Assembly: GCA_965248695.1 (NCBI GenBank) | Contig: CBDFKD010000002.1 | Location: 5,216,001 to 5,280,000, forward strand | Direction of reading: 5' to 3' | Length of the DNA: 64,000 nucleotides | Source: Acidobacteriota bacterium | GTDB taxonomy: Bacteria > Acidobacteriota > UBA890 > WLXD01 | Shown here: positions 15,661 through 24,379 of the stretch, one piece after another | How the letters are laid out: the number at the start of each line of letters is the position of its first letter | Position numbering within the stretch: position 1 is the stretch's first letter | Program-made: the position numbers and the translations under genes | The notes under the pieces: generated by a model | Told to the model about the DNA's origin: nothing | Databases searched by the model: none | The model's input: only the letters and a program-made list of their open reading frames with translations

Positions 15661-16505
15661 CACCGGAGCCAGGCATGTATCCGGGTGTTCCGATGCACGA
15701 GTATCACGCTTGGGAGGCGGTCTCCAACAGTCAGCTGTCGCGACTGGCGCGAACGCCGGCGCACCTGCGCGCCTACCTCACCAGTTCGCCGAAGGAGACG
15801 ACGGCGATGGTTCTCGGGCGTGCGGCGCATGCGGCGATCTTGGAGCCGGAGGAGTTCGAGGTCCGCTATCGCCGGATGTCTTGGCCGGACAAGCGCACCA
15901 AGGCGGGCAAGGCGGAGTGGGAGAAGCTGTGCGCCGAAGTGGGCGCGGAGTACGTGCTGCGGCCGGCGGACTATGACGCGTGTCTGGGGATGCGCGAGGC
16001 GGTGCACTGTCTGCGCCGCGCGCACGGGCTCATCAGCGGCAACGGACAGGTGGAGCTGTCGTGCGCTTGGAACGACAAGCGCACCGGCATCCTGTGCAAG
16101 GGGCGCATGGACCGTCACAGCCCAGAGATCGCGGACGGGGCGATCGTGGATCTCAAGACGACAAAGGACGCATCCCGCCGCAGTTTCGAGCGCACGATCT
16201 TCCGATACGGGTATCACCGGCAAGCGGCGCTGTACCTGCGCGGGGCGCAGGCGCTGGGGTTGGCAGCGCGCCACTACGCGATTCTCGCGATGGAGAAAGA
16301 GTCGCCCTACGCAACGGCGGTGTACCGGTTGACGGAGCCGGTTGTGGAGGCGGGCGACCGACAGCTGGATGTGCTGCTGGATCGGTACGCGCAGTGCGTG
16401 CGCCAGGATGCATGGCCGGCGTTCCCGGACAAGGTGATGGATGTGGCGCTGCCGGACTGGGCCTGGGGCGTCATCGACGAGGACATTAAGGAGGCAGTCG
16501 CATGA
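15657..16505 (+). CDS. RecE/exonuclease VIII-like PD-(D/E)XK nuclease (DUF3799)
   Basis: 'YH...VSNSQL', 'GRAAHAAILEP', 'CKGRMD', 'IVDLKTT' and 'YGYHRQAALY'. Confidence 0.88.
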   Translation: MTPEPGMYPGVPMHEYHAWEAVSNSQLSRLARTPAHLRAYLTSSPKETTAMVLGRAAHAAILEPEEFEVRYRRMSWPDKRTKAGKAEWEKLCAEVGAEYVLRPADYDACLGMREAVHCLRRAHGLISGNGQVELSCAWNDKRTGILCKGRMDRHSPEIADGAIVDLKTTKDASRRSFERTIFRYGYHRQAALYLRGAQALGLAARHYAILAMEKESPYATAVYRLTEPVVEAGDRQLDVLLDRYAQCVRQDAWPAFPDKVMDVALPDWAWGVIDEDIKEAVA

Positions 16506-17569
16506 GCAGCAACGCCGAAGTTATCGAGTCAGCGGACGAGCCGACAACGGCACTTGAGGCTCTGGAGGGCGGCGCTGCGATCGATGCAGTCGATGCTGCG
16601 GCCATCTCCCAGCAGATCGCGACGGCGAAGCGGTACCCGCGTAGCGTCACGAAAGCCCTCACGGATGCACAGACGCTCGCGACGCTGGATGAAGAGACCG
16701 CGGCCTCGTGCTTTTACGCGCTGCCGCGATCGGGCAAGACGATCGAGGGGCCCTCAGCTCGACTTGCCGAGATCATGGCCTACTGCTGGGGCAACCTGCG
16801 CGCCGACTCCGACATCGTCGCCCAGGACCGCACCCACGTCACCGCGATGGGCACGTGCCTGGATCTGGAGAAGAACGTCGCCATCCGTGTACGTGTGAAG
16901 CGGCGCATCACCGACCGCAAGGGGCGCCGGTTCAACGAGGACATGATCGGCGTCACAAGCAATGCGGCGATCTCGATTGCGCTGCGTAACGCCGTGTTCA
17001 AGGTCATCCCGGCCGCCTTCACGCGCCAGATCTTGCATGCTGCGCGCAGGGCCTCGATCGGCCAGGGCGGCACGATGACTCAGAAGCGTCAGGCTGCGCT
17101 TGATTGGTTCGGCAAACTCGGCGTGCGGCCCGAGCAGGTGTTCGAGCTGCTGCAGGTCCGCGGCCTCGATGACATCGGCGAGGACGAGTTGATTACGCTG
17201 CGCGGCCTGCGCACGGCCATCAAGGATGGCGACACAACCGTGGAGCAAGTGTTTACGCCGCCGCGCCACTCTGAGGGCACCGCACAGCTCAACGAAGCGC
17301 TCAAGGGGACCGAAGCGCCCGACGAGAACGACGCGGAGAAGCTGTCGCGCGACGACCCTCGCAACACAGCATCGCACGCCGACAACTTCGCTTCGCTGTG
17401 CGATGCGAACGGGATCGATCTGACGCAAGCCCGGAAGTTCCTCGCTGAGTGGCTGCAGCTACCGTCGGCGCGCAATGTCAAGGCTGAGCACTACGAGAAG
17501 GCCACGCTCGACGAGCGCACGTTCGTGGCGGCGTTCCGTGAGGCGAACGCACAGGGCGAGCTGGTATGA
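16502..17569 (+). CDS. Conserved phage protein, putative ssDNA-annealing recombinase
   Basis: 'QQIATAKRYPRS...FYALPRSGKTIEGPSARLAE...WGNL'; occupies the position right after RecE. Confidence 0.65.
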   Translation: MSSNAEVIESADEPTTALEALEGGAAIDAVDAAAISQQIATAKRYPRSVTKALTDAQTLATLDEETAASCFYALPRSGKTIEGPSARLAEIMAYCWGNLRADSDIVAQDRTHVTAMGTCLDLEKNVAIRVRVKRRITDRKGRRFNEDMIGVTSNAAISIALRNAVFKVIPAAFTRQILHAARRASIGQGGTMTQKRQAALDWFGKLGVRPEQVFELLQVRGLDDIGEDELITLRGLRTAIKDGDTTVEQVFTPPRHSEGTAQLNEALKGTEAPDENDAEKLSRDDPRNTASHADNFASLCDANGIDLTQARKFLAEWLQLPSARNVKAEHYEKATLDERTFVAAFREANAQGELV

Positions 17570-18213
17570 CCGACACGCCGCGCAACTCACCGTATTGCTG
17601 GGTGACCTGGTTGGCTCCACATCTGTCGGGCGATCGTAGCTGCACCTGGGCTCCTTGGTACAAGTCGCACTATCAGTACGACAAGCGTCTCCAAGACGGG
17701 GAGCGTGCGGCCAGGTTGGCGAGTTGGAAGGCCGAGCATGCGGATCTGGTCACCAAGCGATGGGGACAACTGCAGGCGGACGGCTGGACGGTCTACGTAG
17801 AGGACCAGAACTCGATTAAGGTCAGTGGCCGCACGATCACGCTCGCCGGCAAACCTGACCTCGTAGCCGTCCGGGGTGACGAGGCCCGGGTCGAGGACTG
17901 CAAAACCGGGCAGCGACGTGCCGCCGACATCTGGCAGGTGCGCACCTATCAAACGTTCTTGCCACGAACGCATCACGCCATTGGACAGCGCCCGTTGTTC
18001 GGTGCAGTGGTGTACCGGGATGGCGTATTGGAGATCGGCGCGCTCAGCGAACAAGAGCGGCTACGCGTGATCGACCTGGTAGCACAGCTCGGAGGTGCCG
18101 AGCCCACACCCGTGCGGGTGCCGAGCTTCTCAGAGTGTGCCTTCTGCGACGTGGCCTCGTGCCCGGATCGGGTGTCCGAAGAGGTAGCGGTCGCTCAGAC
18201 AGCGGACTTTTAG
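17566..18213 (+). CDS. Cas4-like PD-(D/E)XK nuclease
   Basis: 'GKPDLV...EDCKTG...QVRTY'; one N-terminal Cys plus C-terminal CxxC-x4-C. Confidence 0.8.
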   Translation: MTDTPRNSPYCWVTWLAPHLSGDRSCTWAPWYKSHYQYDKRLQDGERAARLASWKAEHADLVTKRWGQLQADGWTVYVEDQNSIKVSGRTITLAGKPDLVAVRGDEARVEDCKTGQRRAADIWQVRTYQTFLPRTHHAIGQRPLFGAVVYRDGVLEIGALSEQERLRVIDLVAQLGGAEPTPVRVPSFSECAFCDVASCPDRVSEEVAVAQTADF

Positions 18214-18235
18214 CCGACCACCGGAGGAGACAAAG

Positions 18236-18529
18236 ATGACGGTCAACGAGCAGACGAGCAACGCGGTGACGGAGATGCTCAAGGCGGTGGTGCGACAAGA
18301 GCTGCCGAAGGTATCGAGTGCCGTGCATGAGACCGGCAAGGCTGGATCGTTGAGCATCAAGATCGACTTGAAGCCCGACAAGGAGCTGCTCAGCCGGGTG
18401 GGCCTGGTGATCACGCCGAAGTTGGCGCTGCCGGGCATCGGGGGGTTGTTCAGAGGCAAGACCCAGAAAGTGGGTGGCGTGGTGCAGCTGTCGCTGCTGA
18501 GCGCCCTGGGGGACGAGGAGGCGGCGTAA
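18236..18529 (+). CDS. Hypothetical phage protein
   Basis: Strong SD GGAGGAG; 'VHETGKAGSLSIKIDLKP' resembles a small phage protein family. Confidence 0.7.
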   Translation: MTVNEQTSNAVTEMLKAVVRQELPKVSSAVHETGKAGSLSIKIDLKPDKELLSRVGLVITPKLALPGIGGLFRGKTQKVGGVVQLSLLSALGDEEAA

Positions 18530-18531
18530 CG

Positions 18532-19140
18532 GTGCAGGTTGTCCTAGCGATCGATCCCGACCCACAGGGTGGCTCGTGGGTGTTGTGCGACGAGTGCGGC
18601 GAGGTGCGCGCGCATGAGCGCAACTGCCCGATGGGGCACCTGAAACAAGCGATCAACGGTGTCGATGAGACCACGACGCAACAAGTCGTCGTTGAGGACG
18701 TTGTCTCCTACGGAATGCCGGTCGGACGTGAGGTGTTCGACACCGTCAAGAACATCGGCGAGATCCGAGGAGTCTGCCGCCAGCGCTCGGTTCCGTTCGA
18801 TCTGCTGAGCCGTGTGCAGGTCAAGACAGCACTGTGCCGTAGCGCACGCGCCAAGGATGCCAACGTGCGGGCGGCACTGATGGATCTGTACGGCGGCTCT
18901 CGTAAGGAGGCTGTGGGCACCAAGGCATCGCCGGGGCCGCTGTACGGTCTCGTCGCTGACGAGTGGGCCGCACTGGCGCTCGCGCTCGTGTGGCTGTCGC
19001 GCCAAGCGCTGGGACCGTTGGTAGCGGCGGGATGGACCGGAGGGTGGCCGCGTGAAAGGGCACCCACTGGTGCTGTGCCGGGAGGCGGATGGGAAAGCCG
19101 CGGCCAAGCGCGTGCTGTCGGTACGCGAGCAGTCTGTTGA
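18532..19140 (+). CDS. RuvC-like Holliday junction resolvase (3' end may carry an indel)
   Basis: 'VLAIDPD', 'VVVEDV', 'VKTALC...AKD' and 'DEWAALALA'. Confidence 0.8.
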   Translation: MQVVLAIDPDPQGGSWVLCDECGEVRAHERNCPMGHLKQAINGVDETTTQQVVVEDVVSYGMPVGREVFDTVKNIGEIRGVCRQRSVPFDLLSRVQVKTALCRSARAKDANVRAALMDLYGGSRKEAVGTKASPGPLYGLVADEWAALALALVWLSRQALGPLVAAGWTGGWPRERAPTGAVPGGGWESRGQARAVGTRAVC

Positions 19141-19318
19141 GGTTACCGCCTACGGAGGAGTACCCGCTTGGTACATGCGCGACAACGTGTTCGGCATGGA
19201 CGCGGCACTGCTGACACAGCTGGTGCGCGCCTATGCCGCTCGCGACACCGAGCAGCTAGCGGCGCTCTGGGAGCGGGGGGTGCCGTGGTTGCCGAGCGAG
19301 GTGAGCAATGAGCGGTAG
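19052..19318 (+). CDS. Hypothetical phage protein
   Basis: SD GGAGGG with GTG start. Confidence 0.55.
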   Translation: MKGHPLVLCREADGKAAAKRVLSVREQSVEVTAYGGVPAWYMRDNVFGMDAALLTQLVRAYAARDTEQLAALWERGVPWLPSEVSNER

Positions 19319-20333
19319 GGGGGTGAAGGCGTTCATGCCGTTCTACGTGAGCGACTACCTCGCGGACACGATGGACCTGACGCTCCAAGAGCACGGTGCG
19401 TACACGCTGTTGCTCTGGAATCTCTGGGCAAAGGACGGAGCGATATCCGCCGATTCAGCGCGGTTGGCCCGCATGCTCGGCGTGTCTATTGAGGAGTGGG
19501 AGTCGTTGTGGCCCGGAATCTCCGGCTACTTCACGGAGATCGATGGCTGCCTGACGCATACCCGGATCACGAAAGAGCTTGAACGAGCCAAGGAGCTACG
19601 CCGGAAGCGTGCGGAGTACGGCAAGAAAGGCGCAGAGTCTCGATGGCAAAAGAACGGCGAAAATGATGGCAAAAGCTATGGCAAAAGCTATGGCAAAAGC
19701 TATGGCAAAAGCTATGGCAAAAGCTATGGCAAAACCATGCATTTGCCAATGGCAAAAACATGCCAACCACCTTCACCTTCACCTTCACCTTCACAACCAG
19801 AACCAGAACCACCAAGTGGTGGTGGTCAGAAACCTCGGTGCTCGAATGCAGGGTCGGGGCGCGACCCGACCGCCGCCACCACCACCGCCACCACCACCGG
19901 CAAGCCACCGCCCGCCGGCCAGGGCGAGCACGACGAGGCGATGCTGGAAGTGCTGGCCGTCTTCAACGATCGCTTCTGCCGCACTGCGACTCCCGGCTCC
20001 GGCACCCGGTACCTGCAAGAGCGCTTTGAGGCCGGCGGCACGGTCCAGGAAGCGCTCGCGGTCATCGAGCACGTTGCCGTCTCGGGCCGGCACGTGGGCT
20101 CGCCGCAGGCCGTGTTCAACGCGGCAACCTGGAACGCGGTGCATCCGCCACCGAAGATCCAAACCGGCAGCGGGCCGGCCGCGCCCAGCGAGACGGACTG
20201 GGAGGCTGAGGCACTCCGGGTCAAGCGCGAGAAGCAGTGGCGTCGGCAGGCCAACGCGGCGCTCGATGCCGGACAGCAGCCCGACTGGGATGCCATCAAG
20301 GCGATCCGCCAAGAGGCCAACAAGCCGCCGTAG
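19308..20333 (+). CDS. YdaU/DUF1376-family replication initiator
   Basis: 'FMPFYVSDYLADTMDLTLQEHGAYTLLL'; internal iterons; upstream of a DnaC-like gene. Confidence 0.88.
   Translation: MSGRGVKAFMPFYVSDYLADTMDLTLQEHGAYTLLLWNLWAKDGAISADSARLARMLGVSIEEWESLWPGISGYFTEIDGCLTHTRITKELERAKELRRKRAEYGKKGAESRWQKNGENDGKSYGKSYGKSYGKSYGKSYGKTMHLPMAKTCQPPSPSPSPSQPEPEPPSGGGQKPRCSNAGSGRDPTAATTTATTTGKPPPAGQGEHDEAMLEVLAVFNDRFCRTATPGSGTRYLQERFEAGGTVQEALAVIEHVAVSGRHVGSPQAVFNAATWNAVHPPPKIQTGSGPAAPSETDWEAEALRVKREKQWRRQANAALDAGQQPDWDAIKAIRQEANKPP
19643..19826 (+). repeat. Probable replication origin: 12-bp iterons plus short repeats
   Basis: Five perfect ATGGCAAAAGCT (19666-19725) with partial copies at 19643, 19726 and 19749, then (CCTTCA)4, ACCAGA repeats and an ACCACCA/TGGTGGT palindrome. 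Confidence 0.8.
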
Positions 20334-20392
20334 CTAGCCGCCAGACCGCATGCCAACCGCCCCCACGTGACGACCGCCACCGACCGGAAAAC

Positions 20393-21106
20393 ATGATCGA
20401 AACCGCAACCGGAACCACAAGCCCAGCGACGCAGCCAGCCTGTCCGGCGTGCAACGGGGTCGGCTGGGTGGAGACGCCGCAAGATGGTATGGCGCGCTGC
20501 GCCTGCAAGCTGTCGCCGAAGGCCGTGCTAGCCTCCCGCGGCGTGCCGGCGCGGTTCCTGAGCTCGTCGTTTCAGACGTTCCAGCCAGGCGGCGGAAACA
20601 CCGCCGAGGCTCTGGCCGAGTGCCAGCAGTTCGTTGAACGCTTCGAGCCATCGGGGCGGGGCTTGCTGCTGTCCGGGCCGTCCGGCACGGGCAAGACACA
20701 CTTGGCCGCCGCGACCCTCCGAGCGCTGCGATCCGCCCATGGCCTGCGCGGTCGTTTTGTGCGCGCAGCGCGCCTGATCCAAGAGCTCAAGGACGCCATC
20801 GAGGCTGAGGGCGTGCGTGTCGGCGACATGCTGGATCGCGTCGTCGGCGCCGACGTTCTGGTGCTCGATGACCTGGGGGCGATTCGCGAGACGGACTGGG
20901 CCGTGGAGCAGCTGGTGTACGTGCTCACACAGCGCTACGACGAGATGCGCGCGACGATCGTGACCACGAACCTGAATCAGCGAGATCGAGCCCGTCACGT
21001 CGGAGAGCGTGTCGCGGGACGGCTCAGCGAGACGTGCCAGGAGGTCGTGTTCGCAACGCCCGACTATCGAACGCTGGGGCAAGCCTGCGTGAAGGAGGCA
21101 TCGTGA
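20393..21106 (+). CDS. DnaC/IstB-like ATPase (helicase loader)
   Basis: CPAC...CAC zinc motif, Walker A GPSGTGKT, Walker B VLVLDDLG, and 'TIVTTN'. Confidence 0.9.
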   Translation: MIETATGTTSPATQPACPACNGVGWVETPQDGMARCACKLSPKAVLASRGVPARFLSSSFQTFQPGGGNTAEALAECQQFVERFEPSGRGLLLSGPSGTGKTHLAAATLRALRSAHGLRGRFVRAARLIQELKDAIEAEGVRVGDMLDRVVGADVLVLDDLGAIRETDWAVEQLVYVLTQRYDEMRATIVTTNLNQRDRARHVGERVAGRLSETCQEVVFATPDYRTLGQACVKEAS

Positions 21107-21330
21107 GCGAACGACCGAGCCTCGATCTCGCCGAGCTACCCGACGGCGAGCTGATCGAGCTGTTGCTGGATGTGAGCCACCGGCGTTTCACGGAATGGGA
21201 GCTGGAGGTCCTGGACTCGATTGCAACGAGGCGGAGACGGCGGCTGCACCCGAACGAGCGGGCGCTGTGCGAAGCGCTCGTTGCGAGGATTCGTGCGGGT
21301 CTGAATCAGACATCACGGAGGGCGTCGTGA
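21103..21330 (+). CDS. Hypothetical phage protein
   Basis: GTGA-coupled, with SD AAGGAGG. Confidence 0.6.
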   Translation: MSERPSLDLAELPDGELIELLLDVSHRRFTEWELEVLDSIATRRRRRLHPNERALCEALVARIRAGLNQTSRRAS

Positions 21331-21845
21331 ACGTCAACGGGTACGAGATCGGGCCGGGTGTGGACCTACGGGGTGCCGATCTCCGGTTTGCCGTCCTCCG
21401 GGGAGCCAACCTCCAGGGAGCCAAGCTTAGGGATGCCGACCTCCAGTGTGCCGATCTGCGGGGAGCCGACCTGTCGGAAGCCAACCTTTGGGGAGCCAAC
21501 CTCCGGGGAGCCAACCTCCAGGGAGCCAACCTCCAGGGTGCCAGCCTCCAGCTCGCCGGCCTGTCGAACAACACAGTTCTGCCAACGGGGCAGACGTGGC
21601 CGGAGTACTTGGCGGATCTGCCCGCGCTTCTGACGGCCGGCGGTAAGCGCCTACACGAGGTCGCCACGCCCGAGGTCTGGAACTGCCACACCTGGGACAA
21701 CTGTCCGATGCACGCGGCGTTCGATGCCAAGGACTTCCATGACATACCCGAGCCGTGGAGACCCAAGGCGGAGCTGTTCGTCACCCTGTTCGACGCCGAG
21801 CTGATCCCGCTGGAGGCGGTGGGGCCGACGAAGAGGGCATCGTGA
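21327..21845 (+). CDS. Pentapeptide-repeat protein 3 with conserved C-terminal domain
   Basis: About 13 repeats, then '[20 protein letters not shown]...[12 protein letters not shown]...[10 protein letters not shown]'. Confidence 0.9.
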   Translation: MNVNGYEIGPGVDLRGADLRFAVLRGANLQGAKLRDADLQCADLRGADLSEANLWGANLRGANLQGANLQGASLQLAGLSNNTVLPTGQTWPEYLADLPALLTAGGKRLHEVATPEVWNCHTWDNCPMHAAFDAKDFHDIPEPWRPKAELFVTLFDAELIPLEAVGPTKRAS

Positions 21846-22327
21846 GCCGCTACGCAGAAAACACCACGGTCAGCGTCGAGAAGTCCCGAGCCGAGATCGA
21901 GCACACCCTGGTGCGCTACGGAGCCGACCAGTTCTTCTACGGCTGGGAACAGGAACAAGCCGTAATCGGCTTCCGGCTGTGCAATCGGATGATCCGCTTC
22001 GTCCTGCCGATGCCCGCCCTGGACGATGAAGAGTTCTGGCGCACACCGGATCGCCGTCAGCGGCGAAGTGACGACGCGGCGCACCGAGAGTGGGAAAAAG
22101 CCACGCGGCAACGCTGGCGTGCCCTGCTGCTGGTGATCAAGGCGAAGTTGGAGGCGGTGGAGTCCAACATCACCACGATCGAGGAAGAGTTCATGGCCCA
22201 CATCGTGTTGCCGGACGGTCAGACCGTGGGGCAGTTCATGGCCCCGCAGATCGAGACCGCCTACGAGCTGGGGCAGATGCCATCGATGCTGGCGCTGCCA
22301 CAGACGGCGGGAGAGTCGTCGCCATGA
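21842..22327 (+). CDS. Conserved hypothetical phage protein
   Basis: '[22 protein letters not shown]...[19 protein letters not shown]...[17 protein letters not shown]'. Confidence 0.75.
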   Translation: MSRYAENTTVSVEKSRAEIEHTLVRYGADQFFYGWEQEQAVIGFRLCNRMIRFVLPMPALDDEEFWRTPDRRQRRSDDAAHREWEKATRQRWRALLLVIKAKLEAVESNITTIEEEFMAHIVLPDGQTVGQFMAPQIETAYELGQMPSMLALPQTAGESSP

Positions 22328-22530
22328 GCGACTCCACGCACCTGGACGCCACCGCTCCCGAGCCCGGCACCGGCAAGGTGTCGATCGAGCAGCAGCCGGC
22401 GACGCATGCCGCCCGCAAGCGTATCGTCGAGCTGGAGGCTGAGGTGGCCCGCCTACGCCGCGAGCGCGCCGCCGCCATCGACCGCGCCGCGAAGGCTGAA
22501 GCGGCACCCACTAAGAGGCTCGGTAAGTGA
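22324..22530 (+). CDS. Small coiled-coil hypothetical protein
   Basis: ATGA-coupled; 'RIVELEAEVARLRRE'. Confidence 0.55.
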   Translation: MSDSTHLDATAPEPGTGKVSIEQQPATHAARKRIVELEAEVARLRRERAAAIDRAAKAEAAPTKRLGK

Positions 22531-22552
22531 TCGAGCCGAGAGCGTCCGCCAC

Positions 22553-22975
22553 GTGAGCACCCTGGCACCCAAGCTCTGGACCGTCGACGAGGTTGCCGCA
22601 TGGTTGCGCCGATCTCCAAAGACGATCTACGAATGGGCGGCTTCCGGTATTGTCCCGAGCGTTAAGATCCGGGGCAACCGACTGTTTCGAGAAGACGAGC
22701 TGATGGAGTGGTTCTATGCCCAAACGGCCGTTCGCGCCGCAGGTGAGGAAAACAAAGCTGAAGGGCCAGACGGTGTACGAGGTGGACTGCCGTCAGTGGA
22801 AGGGGGTCATGCAGACGCTAGCGCACCCGCAGCGTCGCAGGTTCGATCACCGGCAGCTGGCCGAAAGCTGGCGCCAGCAGCTCATCGTGGACCACGCCGC
22901 GGGGCGCCGCTCGGAGCCGGGACCGGTGGCGGTGCGGTCCCTCTGCGAGCACTTCCTCCGCTCGATCAAGAGTAA
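22553..22975 (+). CDS. xis: Excisionase-like HTH_17 protein (frame extends over the int 5' end)
   Basis: 'LWTVDEVAAWLRRSPKTIYEWAASGIVPSVKIRGNRLFREDELMEW' immediately before int. Confidence 0.8.
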   Translation: MSTLAPKLWTVDEVAAWLRRSPKTIYEWAASGIVPSVKIRGNRLFREDELMEWFYAQTAVRAAGEENKAEGPDGVRGGLPSVEGGHADASAPAASQVRSPAAGRKLAPAAHRGPRRGAPLGAGTGGGAVPLRALPPLDQE

Positions 22976-23831
22976 TCGGTCTCCGAGCACCTACAAAAGT
23001 TACCGCAGTCGCCTGCGGGGATTCCTGGCGTATTTGGACCGCAACGGTATCCGCGACGTTCGAGACGTAAGCCCTGGCACGCTGGAGCTGTACCGTCTTG
23101 AACTCGTGGACCGAGGCCTTCGCTCAGCGGGTATACGGGGGCATCTGATCGCGCTGCGTTCCCTGTACAGCTGGGCCAACCGCATGTGCTTTGTGGACGG
23201 CAACCCGGCGGCGGCGATCGAGATGCCGAACAAACAGAACCGCCGACGCTGTTTCACGGACGGGGAGGTTGAAGTTCTGTTCGCGCATGGCAGACTCGAA
23301 TGGCTGCCGATTTGGCGCTTCCTGCTGGCGACGGGAATGCGCCGGATCGAGATCGCGCGGCTGACGATCACCGATGTGGTCCTCGATACTCCCGCGCCAT
23401 TTGTGCGCGTGCACGGCAAGGGAGACAAGTATCGAGACATCCCGCTGGAATCTAACCAGGTACGACAGTACGCCCGGTGCCTCGTGGATGCGGCAGCATC
23501 GGTTCAGCGAGAGCGAGTCCTACCCGTGGGCCATGTCCGTCTCGGAGCATGGTGGGCCCTTCAGCGGCAGGAAGTCGGACTGCCTGAGGAGCTGACCCTT
23601 CACTGTTTCCGACACACAACGGCGACGTGGCTGGTCAACCGTGTGGGATTACAGCTCACGGAGGTTCAAGAGGTCATGGGGCATGCCAAATTGAGCACGA
23701 CGGCGCGGTACGTACATCGGGATCGGAAGGTGCTCAGAGCGGGCATGTCCGCCCTCGGAGAATTGGTTGCGCAGGCTGTATCTGGTACAAACTTGGTATC
23801 AGCGAATCGGGATAATCCTGTAAGTCGTTGA
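22716..23831 (+). CDS. int: Tyrosine integrase
   Basis: R (TGMRRIEI), K (GKGDK), HxxR (HCFRH), H (MGH) and Y (TARY); SAM-like core-binding domain. Confidence 0.93.
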   Translation: MPKRPFAPQVRKTKLKGQTVYEVDCRQWKGVMQTLAHPQRRRFDHRQLAESWRQQLIVDHAAGRRSEPGPVAVRSLCEHFLRSIKSNRSPSTYKSYRSRLRGFLAYLDRNGIRDVRDVSPGTLELYRLELVDRGLRSAGIRGHLIALRSLYSWANRMCFVDGNPAAAIEMPNKQNRRRCFTDGEVEVLFAHGRLEWLPIWRFLLATGMRRIEIARLTITDVVLDTPAPFVRVHGKGDKYRDIPLESNQVRQYARCLVDAAASVQRERVLPVGHVRLGAWWALQRQEVGLPEELTLHCFRHTTATWLVNRVGLQLTEVQEVMGHAKLSTTARYVHRDRKVLRAGMSALGELVAQAVSGTNLVSANRDNPVSR

Positions 23832-23833
23832 TA
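23821..23833 (-). promoter_or_regulatory. IHF-binding consensus next to the presumed att site
   Basis: The reverse complement TATCAACGACTTA matches WATCAANNNNTTR exactly. Confidence 0.6.
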
Positions 23834-24003
23834 TAAAATGAGCTACATAAAGGGAAACATGACCGGCGCGATCATCGTCGGCGCGGTGCTCGTGGACCGA
23901 CAGAAGCACCGTCTCCAGCGGGGTCGGCGCGTCGGGCAGGGGGATCGCGACGCAGCCTAGCTCGGGAGGGGAGCTCGTTTTCGGCCTGTGTACGGAAGGC
24001 GTC

Positions 24004-24321
24004 CTAGGCTTCCAGAGCGTCCAGTCGCGCCTGGACAGCATCGTGGATGCTGGTCTCCTGAATGTTCACCGTATCCGGATCGGGACGGTCGTCGAAGATC
24101 AACCGAACCATCTGCACGGCGGCGATCGTGGCCTCCACGAGGGCATCCTCGGCGCTCTCTTGAGCTCCCCCGGCCGGCCGTCCCGGCATGCCGCTGGCGA
24201 GCTTGAAGGTCGGAACCCAGCCGTCGTCCTGCTTCTCGGCGGTGGCCACGAAGGGCACCGTACGGTACAGCCCCTCAGTCTGCCGTAGCTGATCGCTCAT
24301 CCGTCTGACTCCATCGTTCAA
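24004..24321 (-). CDS. Hypothetical protein
   Basis: 105-aa ORF with host-like codon usage. Confidence 0.55.
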   Translation of the reverse strand: MNDGVRRMSDQLRQTEGLYRTVPFVATAEKQDDGWVPTFKLASGMPGRPAGGAQESAEDALVEATIAAVQMVRLIFDDRPDPDTVNIQETSIHDAVQARLDALEA

Positions 24322-24379
24322 GCGTTTCCGCGTGCGTTCGTTGTACCACGAAGCAAATCACAAAGTTGCTCTGGCGTCA

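Larger units (their letters stand above)
1..23860. mobile_element. Prophage/phage-like integrated element (right part; left end outside window)
   Basis: Contains repressor/Cro pairs, a coupled early operon (recombination, replication) and xis-int. An IHF site overlaps the int stop, and gene content changes abruptly to host metabolic genes after about 24 kb. Confidence 0.9.

Noticed and set aside
17566-18213. Cas4-like gene as evidence of a CRISPR-Cas system
   Set aside because: No cas1, cas2 or array is present; solo Cas4-like nucleases are common in phage recombination modules.
19666-19737. 12-bp tandem repeat as CRISPR
   Set aside because: There are no spacers; the position inside the initiator gene fits iterons.
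23799-24041. - strand ORF as a host gene interrupted by integration
   Set aside because: Plausible from its position, but there is no recognisable family or clear start; it cannot be supported without the other att junction.
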